The notes: a model not told the origin generated them from the sequence alone. Shown: positions 7,050 through 15,234, counted from the stretch's first letter. The stretch is 24,000 nt of DNA from Dehalococcoidia bacterium (GCA_965247055.1 CBDFGE010000005.1:159781-183780); one strand, 5' to 3'. Numbers and translations: made by a program.

Positions 7050-8624
7050 TTACATTCGATGTGGGGTACGGTGGCGTAAACTTTTGCCCGGGGTGGCCCC
7101 GGTGTGGCGCCCGCCGTCTATGACCAATCGGCCGTTCACCATCACGTAGTCTACTCCCCGGGCGAGCTGCCTCGGGCTTTCCGGCGTACACGGCGCCTCG
7201 ATGGTCGCCGGATCAAAGACCACAACGTCCGCTTCCATGCCGTCTCGGAGTATGCCCCGATCAGATATACCCAGCCTTTGAGCCGGGAAAGAGGTCATCC
7301 TGCGTATCGTGTCCTCCAGGGTCAGGGAACCTTCTTCGCGAACGAAGGTTGACAGGATGGCGGGGAAGGTACCATAGGTCCGGTGGCTGGGGAAGTCCCC
7401 TATGAGAAGGGCGTCGCTACCTATCATGGCCAGCGGATGGACCACGAAGTCGGGCTGCGACTCACCGTTGGGCCGGGGCGCCGAATAGCAGACCTGCAGG
7501 TCCTCCTCCAGCAACAGGTCACATACCGCGTCTACCACGTTCTTCCCCGTGGACTCGGCCACGTCGGCCACCGAACGCCCCTCGTACTGGAGATGCCTGG
7601 GACTTTTAAAATGAGTCAGACGCATGGCGCTCCAGGGGCGGCCACCGGGATCGATGTCCCTCCCGATCTTATCTCTGACCGCGGGGGAACGCAGCCTTTT
7701 TTTCAGCTCTTCCGGGCCACCATCCTGCACCCATTGAGGGACCAACACCAGCAGGCGGGTACTGCTATAGGAATAAGAGTGTGTGTCAAAGGTCACGTCC
7801 AGACCATCCTCCCGTACCTGCTCTACGTATTCCAGAATGTGTCCTCGGGGTTCTGGCTGGCGCTGGAAAAGGTGGGTCAGGTGGCATGGCGTCCCGCTGC
7901 GTCGCCCGATCTCCACTGCCTCTCGGAAGGGGTCCACGAACCTGTCTCCCAGGGCGTAACGGACGTGGGTATGGTAAATGCCCCCCAGTTTACCCACCTC
8001 TTTGGTAAGGGCAACTAGCTCGTCCGTATCCGCGTAGCTTCCAGGAGGGTAATCCAGGCCGGTAGACAGGCCGAAGGCGCCTTCCTCCATCCCTTGCCTC
8101 AGGAGCCCCGTCATGGTGTCCATTTCCCTGTCCGTGGCGGGCCTGTTGTCCCACCCCATTGCGCTGATTCGAAGGGGCGAGTTGCCAATCAAGTAGGCCA
8201 CATTCACTGCTGCCCGGCCGTCGAAAAGGGAAAGGTATTCCGCAACGAAGGACCAGGTCATGGGGAGGTCCGGGGCCCCATCCAACCCTGAGTTGAGCTC
8301 GTAGAAAAGCCGGAAGTCCTCCGGGCTTGTAAAAGGGGCGTAAGAGTTTCCATCCACCCCTATGACTTCTGTGGTAACGCCTTGAAAGACCTTGGGCTCG
8401 TGACGTGGCTCTGCCAGCAGGACAAGCCCCGAGTGGGCGTGCATGTCAATGAAGCCCGGGCACACCACCTTCCCGGTGGCGTCGATGGTTCGGGAGGCCT
8501 CTAGGCCTACCAGGTCTCCGCGGAATACGTGTACCTTTCCCTCCAGGATGCCGACGGCCCCGTAGAAGCCCGGGTTGCCCGAGCCGTCCACGATCAGTCC
8601 ACCCTTGACTAGCAGGTCCAGCAA
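7050..8624 (-). CDS. D-aminoacylase / N-acyl-D-amino-acid deacylase family amidohydrolase
   Basis: The N-terminus reads LLVKGGLIVDGSG...GKVVCPGFIDMHAHS, the metal-binding HxH of the amidohydrolase superfamily. Length and C-terminal beta-domain strings (VVVFDP, VNG) fit the family. The TTG start is preceded by GGAGGTG. Confidence 0.85.
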   Translation of the reverse strand: MLDLLVKGGLIVDGSGNPGFYGAVGILEGKVHVFRGDLVGLEASRTIDATGKVVCPGFIDMHAHSGLVLLAEPRHEPKVFQGVTTEVIGVDGNSYAPFTSPEDFRLFYELNSGLDGAPDLPMTWSFVAEYLSLFDGRAAVNVAYLIGNSPLRISAMGWDNRPATDREMDTMTGLLRQGMEEGAFGLSTGLDYPPGSYADTDELVALTKEVGKLGGIYHTHVRYALGDRFVDPFREAVEIGRRSGTPCHLTHLFQRQPEPRGHILEYVEQVREDGLDVTFDTHSYSYSSTRLLVLVPQWVQDGGPEELKKRLRSPAVRDKIGRDIDPGGRPWSAMRLTHFKSPRHLQYEGRSVADVAESTGKNVVDAVCDLLLEEDLQVCYSAPRPNGESQPDFVVHPLAMIGSDALLIGDFPSHRTYGTFPAILSTFVREEGSLTLEDTIRRMTSFPAQRLGISDRGILRDGMEADVVVFDPATIEAPCTPESPRQLARGVDYVMVNGRLVIDGGRHTGATPGKSLRHRTPHRM

Positions 8625-8768
8625 ACCCTCACCTCCAGCACCGTGGCGTGTTCAAAAAGAGACCCGTGGCGCGGTAAGGTCAAGCCCAGGCTCCAATACC
8701 CTGCCGATGTCTTGCTCTGCCGCGAGCTACCTTGACGACCTCTCGTTGTGCCTGTGGCCGGAGCCCTA

Positions 8769-9353
8769 CTATGCTGGCTGGGGCTTCGCAGGCCCTATGC
8801 GAACCGGATGGGGTGTTCCCCGCCTCTGCTCTATTCCCTCGACGTCCCACAGGTCGGAATAGGTGAGGGCGCGGGGACAGTGGCCGTAGGCCTCTTCCAC
8901 CTCCACGACGATTCCCTGCTGGAAACCCCGGCCCCCGTCTGGACTGTGTATCTGCTGCTCCACACTATATCGGTCCAGCTTATCCCGGGAGACAATGGTC
9001 ACCCGCCCGTTGACCCTTACCACGTCGGCGACGCCCGGGATGAAAAAGATAAGGCCCACATGAGGGTTGTCGTTCATGTTTTGATACGACTGGAACAGCT
9101 TATTTCCGGCCACGTCCGGGACCAGCAGGCGCCGGTCGTCCAGAATGCGCACGAAGCCGGGCTTCCCGCCTTTGGGGGAGGCGTCGCACTTACCGTCGTG
9201 GTCACTCGTGGCCATGACTAGAAAGGGGGACTCGGCGATGAACTCTTTCACGGGACCGGCCAGGTAGCCCTTGACCTTGGTCAGGGCGCGCTCCGAAGGA
9301 AACCCAAACTTCGTGGTAAAAATATTGTCGCATTCGGCGCTATTGGTTTCCAT
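8769..9353 (-). CDS. PPOX-class (pyridoxamine 5'-phosphate oxidase-like) FMN-binding flavoprotein
   Basis: Strings SPFLVMATSDHDGKCDASPKGGKPGFVRILDDRRLLVPDVAGNKLFQSYQNMNDNPHVGLIFFIPG...RVNG match the split-barrel PPOX pattern. I prefer the ATG at 9353 (GGGAGGG upstream) over the listed start at 9386. Confidence 0.8.
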   Translation of the reverse strand: METNSAECDNIFTTKFGFPSERALTKVKGYLAGPVKEFIAESPFLVMATSDHDGKCDASPKGGKPGFVRILDDRRLLVPDVAGNKLFQSYQNMNDNPHVGLIFFIPGVADVVRVNGRVTIVSRDKLDRYSVEQQIHSPDGGRGFQQGIVVEVEEAYGHCPRALTYSDLWDVEGIEQRRGTPHPVRIGPAKPQPA

Positions 9354-9430
9354 ACGTCCCTCCCGATCGATAGGAAATCCCGGCATGATCCCAACAGGGC
9401 CGTGCGATGAATCGCCTGGCCTGGCGGCTT

Positions 9431-9459
9431 ATTCTACAGCAACCCCAGAGAGCCATCAA
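9431..9459 (-). promoter_or_regulatory. Candidate sigma70-type promoter for the PPOX gene
   Basis: The minus strand reads TTGATG (9459-9454), a 17 nt spacer, then TAGAAT (9436-9431). Confidence 0.4.
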
Positions 9460-9631
9460 GTCGCCGGCAACGCCGCCACGGTTCGCCCTCAGATGCTATC
9501 TGCTATGGAGCTAGGTTCTAGCTGAGATGAAGGTCGGGAAAAGAGAAACGGGAGCAATGAGAAGCGGCGTCAAGCGATTGATAACCAACCGGCCACGCCA
9601 GCAAGCCGTCTCGTGGACACGATTAGGTTGA

Positions 9632-9660
9632 TTGACTGCATTCCGATATGTCTATATACT
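9632..9660 (+). promoter_or_regulatory. Near-consensus sigma70-type promoter for the small secreted protein gene
   Basis: TTGACT (9632-9637), a 17 nt spacer, then TATACT (9655-9660). It lies about 80 nt upstream of the ATG at 9742. Confidence 0.55.
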
Positions 9661-9741
9661 TCCCGATGCCGAAGGTGGTGTGTTCTTTGGACGCCAGCAG
9701 TTTGATTTGGGAAATCCCAGTTTGCATCAGGAGTGAGGATA

Positions 9742-9993
9742 ATGTCGAGGAACAAGGCGCTGCTGGTTTCGATTAGCGCAGTAGTTTCTTTGATCGGTGT
9801 GCTGATAGCGTGGCCTGGAGCTCGTAGGCCGTCGGTAGAGGCCGGAGCTCCCGGGCCCAAAGTGACCATCTGCCATATTCCTCCGAACAACCCTGCCAAT
9901 GGCTATGGTGTGGCCCCCAGGGCGAGCACAGTGGGAGAGCGGGCAGTGGCGGCACACCTGGGGCACGGGGACACTCTAGGGCCCTGTCCGTAA
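9742..9993 (+). CDS. Small secreted protein with C-terminal CH-x-PP-x-NP ... AHL-x-HGD-xx-G-x-C motif
   Basis: AGGAG lies 8 nt before the ATG at 9742 (the ORF track starts at GTG 9733). The signal or anchor sequence is ALLVSISAVVSLIGVLIAW. The mature part is VTICHIPPNNPANGYGV...AVAAHLGHGDTLGPCP. Confidence 0.65.
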   Translation: MSRNKALLVSISAVVSLIGVLIAWPGARRPSVEAGAPGPKVTICHIPPNNPANGYGVAPRASTVGERAVAAHLGHGDTLGPCP

Positions 9994-10277
9994 TAGGAAC
10001 ACCCGCTACGCCGGAGTGCGCTCAAGGTCCGCTGCTAAATTTTTGCGGTGCCTGCGCGGGTCGCGGACATCACCGTCACGCCTGAGGGCGTAGGGCTCCT
10101 CCACTGCGCCTCAGCGCGGAAACCCTGCTAGAGGGGTGGCCCTCCGCCTCCCGGGTCGCAGCAACTCCTTTACCTACAGAGGTGCTGCTCTCTAAGCTGC
10201 ATCCCCCCCTGGACCAACTTCGGGCTCCAGGTGGGGTTGGCGGTTACGACGGGGACTCCGGCTTCTTGGGTTCCTCG

Positions 10278-11003
10278 CTAGCTCGGCGTACCAGCCAGGT
10301 TTGCCTTTAGTGGGCGAGTATGAATGCCGCACTCACCCCCGCACTTGCTGGTTCCCAGCCAGCGGCCAGCCCTCTCATCGGGCCCAGCTACTATCTGAGT
10401 GCAGGGGGCACAGCCTAGGGAGCGGTATCCCCGGGAGTAAAGGGGGTTCACGGCGACCTGAGAAATCGCCAGGTACTGCCAGACCTCCCGCTCATGCCAT
10501 AACAGGATAGGATTCAGTTTGATCAGCCTCTCGTCTCGTTCCTCCACCTCATGAAAGTCGGTCCTTGTTCTCCCTTCGGTACAGCGGAGGCCAGTCACCC
10601 AGCAGTCTACCTGCATCTCCTCGATGGCTTGTCGTGCAGGCTGGACCTTGAGGTTGTAGCAGCACTGGTCGGGATCTGTTAAATACAGGGCTTCCGGCTG
10701 GGTCTCATCATTACGGAATACCCTCAGCTCTGGATACCGGGCCATCTCTTCGTGCATGAACTGTACCGTCTCGGGGGGCTTGTACCGAGTGGTGACTACG
10801 AACCCTCGAATCTTGGGGCTCACTTGCTTGGCCAGATGCCAAACGGCAACCGAGTCCTTGCCCAAACTATTGGCCACTACCAGACCGTCGCCAAACTCGC
10901 GATAAGCCTCGCTGATCAAGGTAAGGGACCGCTCGACCTTCTGAGCAAAGTTGAGAGAATCCACCAAGAGCGAGGGGTCCTCCAGCATTAACTCCTTAAG
11001 CAT
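10278..11003 (-). CDS. cysH: Phosphoadenosine-phosphosulfate / adenylylsulfate reductase (CysH family)
   Basis: It carries the PP-loop SLGKDS, GYRSLGCAPCT and the C-terminal ECGIH catalytic motif. The CC (DQCCYNLK) plus CxxC pattern resembles the Fe-S type APS reductases. Confidence 0.85.
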   Translation of the reverse strand: MLKELMLEDPSLLVDSLNFAQKVERSLTLISEAYREFGDGLVVANSLGKDSVAVWHLAKQVSPKIRGFVVTTRYKPPETVQFMHEEMARYPELRVFRNDETQPEALYLTDPDQCCYNLKVQPARQAIEEMQVDCWVTGLRCTEGRTRTDFHEVEERDERLIKLNPILLWHEREVWQYLAISQVAVNPLYSRGYRSLGCAPCTQIVAGPDERAGRWLGTSKCGGECGIHTRPLKANLAGTPS

Positions 11004-11333
11004 CTAGACTGTTCCTCCGTCATGTGATTTGAAACTCTTGCGGCCGAACTTGATTCTGCCCCAAACCCTCTCGTGTAAGTAAAAGAGCCATATCTTGAAC
11101 AGCGCATCTGCGCCCCCGACTATGGCGGCATAGGCGAATTTCCCGGTGGCCACCAGCACGACCATGGCGGTGACCGCCGTCGCCGTTACGCGCCAGGACA
11201 GGGCCTTGGCCAGACTGCGAGACCGGGACTCCACCGGCTCGGATTCAAGCCTGTAATGTTCAGCTAGCGGTTGCTCAAGGACGGTGGTCAAGGGTGATCC
11301 TACTTGAAGGCAAATAAAAAACTGCGTCCACAT
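11004..11333 (-). CDS. DUF2061-type small membrane protein (true start probably TTG at 11291)
   Basis: The string RSLAKALSWRVTATAVTAMVVLVATGKFAYAAIVGGADALFKIWLFYLHERVW matches the DUF2061 pattern. The stop TAG is immediately followed by the cysH ATG. ATG 11333 has no SD and lies inside a terminator-like hairpin, whereas in-frame TTG 11291 follows AGGA. Confidence 0.75.
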   Translation of the reverse strand: MWTQFFICLQVGSPLTTVLEQPLAEHYRLESEPVESRSRSLAKALSWRVTATAVTAMVVLVATGKFAYAAIVGGADALFKIWLFYLHERVWGRIKFGRKSFKSHDGGTV

Positions 11334-11353
11334 CGATCCGAAGGGGCGCAGTT
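11311..11353 (-). terminator. Intrinsic-terminator-like hairpin plus U tract in the leader of DUF2061-cysH (candidate attenuator)
   Basis: The minus strand reads AACTGCG(CC)...loop containing C-UUCG-G...(GG)ACGCAGTT followed by TTTTTTATTT. Confidence 0.5.
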
Positions 11354-11382
11354 ACCCGGTGAGACAGGACTCTAGCTACGCC

Positions 11383-11439
11383 CTAGAAGGGGCGTGTACA
11401 CAGGTGAAAGAGGTCGTCCTCAAACCGCAGAGGTATCAT
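11383..11439 (-). CDS. Candidate 18-aa leader peptide MIPLRFEDDLFHLCTRPF
   Basis: The AUG lies about 4 nt from the predicted TSS, so it would be leaderless. The UAG falls between two mutually complementary segments. There is one Cys codon just before the first segment. This is purely structural inference. Confidence 0.3.
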   Translation of the reverse strand: MIPLRFEDDLFHLCTRPF

Positions 11440-11449
11440 CGGTAAATGG

Positions 11450-11478
11450 AATATACCCGGTTATTCCGTGGTTGTCAA
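11450..11478 (-). promoter_or_regulatory. Near-consensus sigma70-type promoter driving the DUF2061-cysH leader
   Basis: The minus strand reads TTGACA (11478-11473), a 17 nt spacer, then TATATT (11455-11450). Confidence 0.55.
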
Positions 11479-11729
11479 TAGAGCGTCTAACGCGTCGCGC
11501 CGGGGAATCTTCCCTGAGCGGTACGGTACCCGGTCGTGGTATTACACGGAGATGGCGTACCCTGAGCCATGGGGGCGCAACCCGGGGAAACTGCTGCTAC
11601 GAAAGGCACTCACAGCCCTGGCTCGTGCATCCCCTGCCACAGCCTCAGCGCAGCCAGTCTGTATGAGTGAAGTAGTCATAGCGACATCCGAAGCGTCTGC
11701 GGGCCGAGCGCGATATAATAGAGTCAGCG

Positions 11730-12158
11730 TTGGTCCTTAACCCCAATCGGGTAACGACCAAGGCGACGGAGACACCCGTTACACCCGGCCCGAAACCCCA
11801 CACGTTGGCCGCCGGCCAGTTTCGCCTGCCCGTGGCTAACGCGTTCGGAGAGCCGGGCTTCCACGAAGTGCTGGCAGCAAGTCACACGCTGGAGGCCGAC
11901 CTGGGTACCACCGCCGGAAGGATGTTGGTAGTGGAGCTACGGGACACAAGCCGTCCGGAGCAGACCTGCGGCAGCCATCATCCCCTGTCGGGGTGCGCCA
12001 CGGTGGACTGGTCGGACGCCCTCGGCCGGCCCAAAGTCCCAGCGGGGGGTGTCTTCGACAACAGCGTAACCGTCGAGCTGGAGTCGGGACCCCGCACCTT
12101 TTACCTGAGCGAGTCGGGCGCCCTCAACGACGAACCGGACAGATTCGACCCCAGCTGA
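11730..12158 (+). CDS. Hypothetical protein, no recognisable family, start uncertain (TTG, no SD)
   Basis: Third-position GC is high and the amino-acid composition is balanced (…LAAGQFRLPVANAFGEPGFHEVLAASHTLEADLG…CGSHHPLSGCATVDW…). The frame stays coding-like for 52 more codons after the TGA. Confidence 0.45.
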   Translation: MVLNPNRVTTKATETPVTPGPKPHTLAAGQFRLPVANAFGEPGFHEVLAASHTLEADLGTTAGRMLVVELRDTSRPEQTCGSHHPLSGCATVDWSDALGRPKVPAGGVFDNSVTVELESGPRTFYLSESGALNDEPDRFDPS

Positions 12159-12170
12159 CCCCACACCGCT

Positions 12171-12188
12171 GTGGGCGGGTCCGCCCAC
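12171..12188 (+). other. 7-bp GC-rich hairpin with GGUC loop, 12 nt after the TGA of the preceding ORF
   Basis: GTGGGCG-GGTC-CGCCCAC read directly from the sequence. No T tract follows it. Confidence 0.5.
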
Positions 12189-12600
12189 GAGTGGACAGCC
12201 CGCCTGCCTGCCGGGCTGGTCGTCGGCAGCCAGCTGCAGCTCCATCTGGTGATGACCAAGTTCGGTACTCCCAGCGTGGATATTGGGTACGAGGCCCGGG
12301 TGGAACCTGTGCCGTAACTCGGGCGTACCATGCTGGAGCGGCTCTTTTAGAGTAGGCGGATTTTTGAGGGACAGTTTCTTGTGTGGCTGCCCGCCTAATA
12401 TAAACTGGGGTGAGCCCCGCAAGATTGACCTACCCTACCCCGTACGCCCTCGCTTTTGCCTACTAGGTGGCTGCCGGGTCGTAGTGCTCCACCCCCGCAA
12501 TGTTATCATCATCAGCGGTGTGGCAAACAACCTGCTCCTCGCCCTGAGCCCGGCTTCGAAGAACGGGCCAGCACCAAGTTAGCTGACGCGGAGGCTGAGG

Positions 12601-12888
12601 GTGATCAAAGTGCTTCTCGGGATCGTGGCCGTACCTTTAATGCTCTCCCTCTTCGCCATCGGCAACGGCCCCTGGCCAACAACCGCCAGTCAAGGCCGGG
12701 CTATTCCGGGGAGCGCAGGCAGCCCCCCCGACCCAACTATGTCCTGGCTGCGGCAGTTCGGTACCAACGGAGCCGATTGGGGATACGGTGTGGACGGGGA
12801 CAACGAGGGCAACGTCTACGTAGCGGGCGCAGTGATTTTAATGTACTTACTCCATTTATGGGACATCGCCAGTGGTCCCGTCCCATAG
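12601..12888 (+). pseudogene. 5' remnant of a secreted beta-propeller (SBBP-like repeat) protein, truncated at about 12831 by IS insertion
   Basis: GGAGG precedes GTG 12601. The signal peptide is MIKVLLGIVAVPLMLSLFAIG. The string SWLRQFGTNGADWGYGVDGDNEGNVYVAG is typical of SBBP-type repeats. After VYVAGA the reading continues into IS-end sequence (VILMYLLHLWD...) and stops. Confidence 0.6.
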
Positions 12889-14265
12889 AGTGGTGTAAGA
12901 GTACGTCATCCTGTTGATATCGTCTAGGCCGCTGCCTCTGCGAGTTCGGCTCTGGGTAGAGCTTCGTTGGAGGTGGTTACCTCCTGTGTCATGTATCGAC
13001 GGCCGACGGCCCACTCGTCGTGCTGCTCAGCTAGGACGGCGCCGACCAGGCGACGGACAGATGGGCGGTTAGGGAAGATGCCCACCACATCGGTGCGGCG
13101 CCGTATCTCCTTGTTGAGACGCTCCAGGGGGTTGTTGGACCAGATCTTCTTCCAGTGGGCGACGGGGAAGCTGGAGAAGGCCAGGACGTCGGGTCCAGCC
13201 TCGTCCAGTCGAGAGGCGCCCTGTGGGAACGGGTCCTGGAGCTGAGCAATCACCCGCTCGAGTTGGGCATGCACCTCCTGAGGGGACGGCTGCTGGTAGA
13301 TGGTGCGTACCATGGTGGCCACCCAGGGCTGAGCGCTCCTGGGGACCCGAGTGAGCAGGTTGGTCATGAAGTGGGTGCGGCACCGCTGCCAACTGGCCCC
13401 ACCGAAGACAGTTGCGATGGCATCCCTGAGTCCCTGATGAGCGTCCGATACCACCAGTTCCACCCCGCCGAGGCCCCTGGCGACCAGTGAGCGCAGGAAG
13501 GCCAGCCAGAAGGCGCCGTCTTCACTGGTACCCACGTCCATCCCAACGATCTCACGCTTGCCCTCGCTATTGACTGCCGTCGCCACCACCACGCTGACGT
13601 TGACTATCCTACCGGCCTCTCTGACCTTCTGGGTTAGTGCGTCCAGCCACAGGTAGGGATATGATCCGCCGTCCAGCGGCCGACCCAGGAAGCTCTCCAC
13701 CACCCCGTCCAGCTCCTGGCAGATACGCGACACTTGGCTCTTTGAGATACCCTCGCACCCAAGAGCCTTGACCAGATCATCCACTCGCCTCGTCGATACA
13801 CCCTCCACATACGCCTGCTGGATCACCGCCAGCAGAGCTCGCTCGCTGCGACGCCGTGGCTCCAGCAGGCTCGGAAAGTAGCTTCCCTCTCTGAGCTTGG
13901 GTATCTGCAACTCCATGGTCCCTACACGAGTGTCCCATGCTCGAGACCGGTACCCGTTGCGCTGGGTCACCCGCTCAGGGTTGCGTTCTCCATACCCAGC
14001 ACCGGTCCTCGATGACACATCAGCCTCCATGATCTCCTCGACCAGCACTCTCAGTGCCTCTCGTAGAAAGTCCACGTCACCGTCGACTCCCCTCTTGCGC
14101 ATTAGCTCAAGCAGGTCCATCCTTTCCTTGACCACCGTTGTCCTCCTTTCTCAGGCTCGTCTTTGCCCGCTAAGGATGACGTGGTGGTCTCTCTTCATCC
14201 AGACCCTCTCCTCTTGTTACACCACTTCCTGGGACTCTACTTATTGGTCGACCTGGGGTAATCAC
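12832..14265 (-). mobile_element. IS256-family insertion sequence (boundaries approximate)
   Basis: Both ends start with GTGATT (12832 and the reverse complement of 14265). The subterminal inverted repeats are GTCCCAtagAGTGGTGTAA (12880-12898) and GTCCCAggaAGTGGTGTAA (reverse complement of 14217-14235). It holds a single Mutator-type transposase gene. Confidence 0.75.
12924..14135 (-). CDS. IS256-family (Mutator-type) DDE transposase
   Basis: Full-length 403 aa with characteristic strings: RNGYRSR.WDTRVGT..L.IPKLR.GSYFPS, YLWLDA, VVSDAH.GL, WQRCRTHFMTNLL, NPLERLNKEIRRRT. Confidence 0.95.
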   Translation of the reverse strand: MVKERMDLLELMRKRGVDGDVDFLREALRVLVEEIMEADVSSRTGAGYGERNPERVTQRNGYRSRAWDTRVGTMELQIPKLREGSYFPSLLEPRRRSERALLAVIQQAYVEGVSTRRVDDLVKALGCEGISKSQVSRICQELDGVVESFLGRPLDGGSYPYLWLDALTQKVREAGRIVNVSVVVATAVNSEGKREIVGMDVGTSEDGAFWLAFLRSLVARGLGGVELVVSDAHQGLRDAIATVFGGASWQRCRTHFMTNLLTRVPRSAQPWVATMVRTIYQQPSPQEVHAQLERVIAQLQDPFPQGASRLDEAGPDVLAFSSFPVAHWKKIWSNNPLERLNKEIRRRTDVVGIFPNRPSVRRLVGAVLAEQHDEWAVGRRYMTQEVTTSNEALPRAELAEAAA

Positions 14266-14298
14266 CCGGCGGGGCTTCAACTCAAGTAGACCCCATGA

Positions 14299-15234
14299 TC
14301 AGGACAGCGGTGAGGCTAAAATAAGAGAGTCTACCGCTGGGGTGTCTTGTAAACCTTCATCCGATGGTAAGGCTCGTGGATGTTCCAGTAAACACCTTTG
14401 TGGGCTCACTGCATGGAACACCTGACCCGGTGACCGATAGCCCAGGGCTTGATGGGGCCGCTCTTGGTTGTAGAAGGCCAGATAAGCCCCAATCCCCTTT
14501 CTGGCCTCAGTCCCATTTTGGTATGCCTTCAGGTACACCTCCTCGTACTTGATGCTGCGCCACAGCCGTTCCACGAAGACGTTGTCCATGCACCGGCCCC
14601 TGCCGTCCATGCTCACTTGAACGCCTTGCGCCAGCAGCATGCTGGTGAAGGCCTCGCTGGTGAACTGGCTGCCCTGGTCGGTGTTGAAGATCTGTGGCCG
14701 ACCCTTGCTCAAGGCCTCTTCCAGAGCCGCAACACAGAAGTCTACCTCCAGGGTGTTGGACAGCCGCCAGGCCAACACGTAGCGGCTGTGCCAGTCCATG
14801 ATGGCCACCAAGTAGAGGAAACCCCGAGCCATGGGTATGTAGGTGATGTCGGTGGCCCACACCTGGTTGACCCGGTTGATCTCCAGCCCCCTGAGCAAGT
14901 ACGGATAGACCTTATGCCCTGGGTTTGGCTTGCTGGTGTTGGGACGCCGGTAGATGGCCTCCAGGCCTATCAGCTGCATCAGCCGGCGGACCCGCTTGCG
15001 GTTGACCTGGTGTCCGTGATTGCTGAGCCAGGCAGTCATCCTTCTGGAGCCGTAGAAAGGTGTCTTCAGGTACTGTTGGTCTATGAGGGCCATCAACTCC
15101 AAGTCCTCGGCGCCGGCCTCGGTTGGCAGGTAGTACAACGAGGAGCGGCTGATACCCAGCAAGGCGCACTGGCGCACCAGAGACAGCTTCGGTTCTTCTC
15201 GGTCAATCATGGCCCGGCGTTGGGACCGGCTCAC
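14299..15234 (-). CDS. IS3-family transposase OrfB (DDE integrase core)
   Basis: The DDE triad context is [30 protein letters not shown]. It is expected to be made as an OrfAB fusion by -1 frameshifting. Confidence 0.95.
   Translation of the reverse strand: MSRSQRRAMIDREEPKLSLVRQCALLGISRSSLYYLPTEAGAEDLELMALIDQQYLKTPFYGSRRMTAWLSNHGHQVNRKRVRRLMQLIGLEAIYRRPNTSKPNPGHKVYPYLLRGLEINRVNQVWATDITYIPMARGFLYLVAIMDWHSRYVLAWRLSNTLEVDFCVAALEEALSKGRPQIFNTDQGSQFTSEAFTSMLLAQGVQVSMDGRGRCMDNVFVERLWRSIKYEEVYLKAYQNGTEARKGIGAYLAFYNQERPHQALGYRSPGQVFHAVSPQRCLLEHPRALPSDEGLQDTPAVDSLILASPLS

Noticed and set aside
10278-11003. The PAPS-reductase-like gene as a DndC- or BREX-type DNA-modification component
   Set aside because: The C-terminal ECGIH and GCAPCT motifs and the 240-aa size match assimilatory CysH. 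No dnd or brx neighbours are present.
11402-11420. GAGG-ACGA-CCUC hairpin in the cysH leader as a guanidine-II (mini-ykkC) riboswitch
   Set aside because: That class needs two ACGR-loop hairpins with longer conserved stems, and only one weak 4-bp hairpin is present here.
11480-11730. A possible riboswitch (TPP- or cobalamin-like strings such as CCCTGAG) or genes at 11394-11666 and 11468-11740
   Set aside because: I could not align it to any consensus I know. The ORFs have no SD and poor composition. I left it as unexplained intergenic DNA.
11937-12422. 161-aa minus-strand ORF and neighbouring ORFs (11993-12355, 12101-12331, 12283-12582, 12456-12917)
   Set aside because: They are antisense or out of frame relative to the better-looking plus-strand frame, with Gly/Arg/Pro-rich junk-like sequence and no SD.
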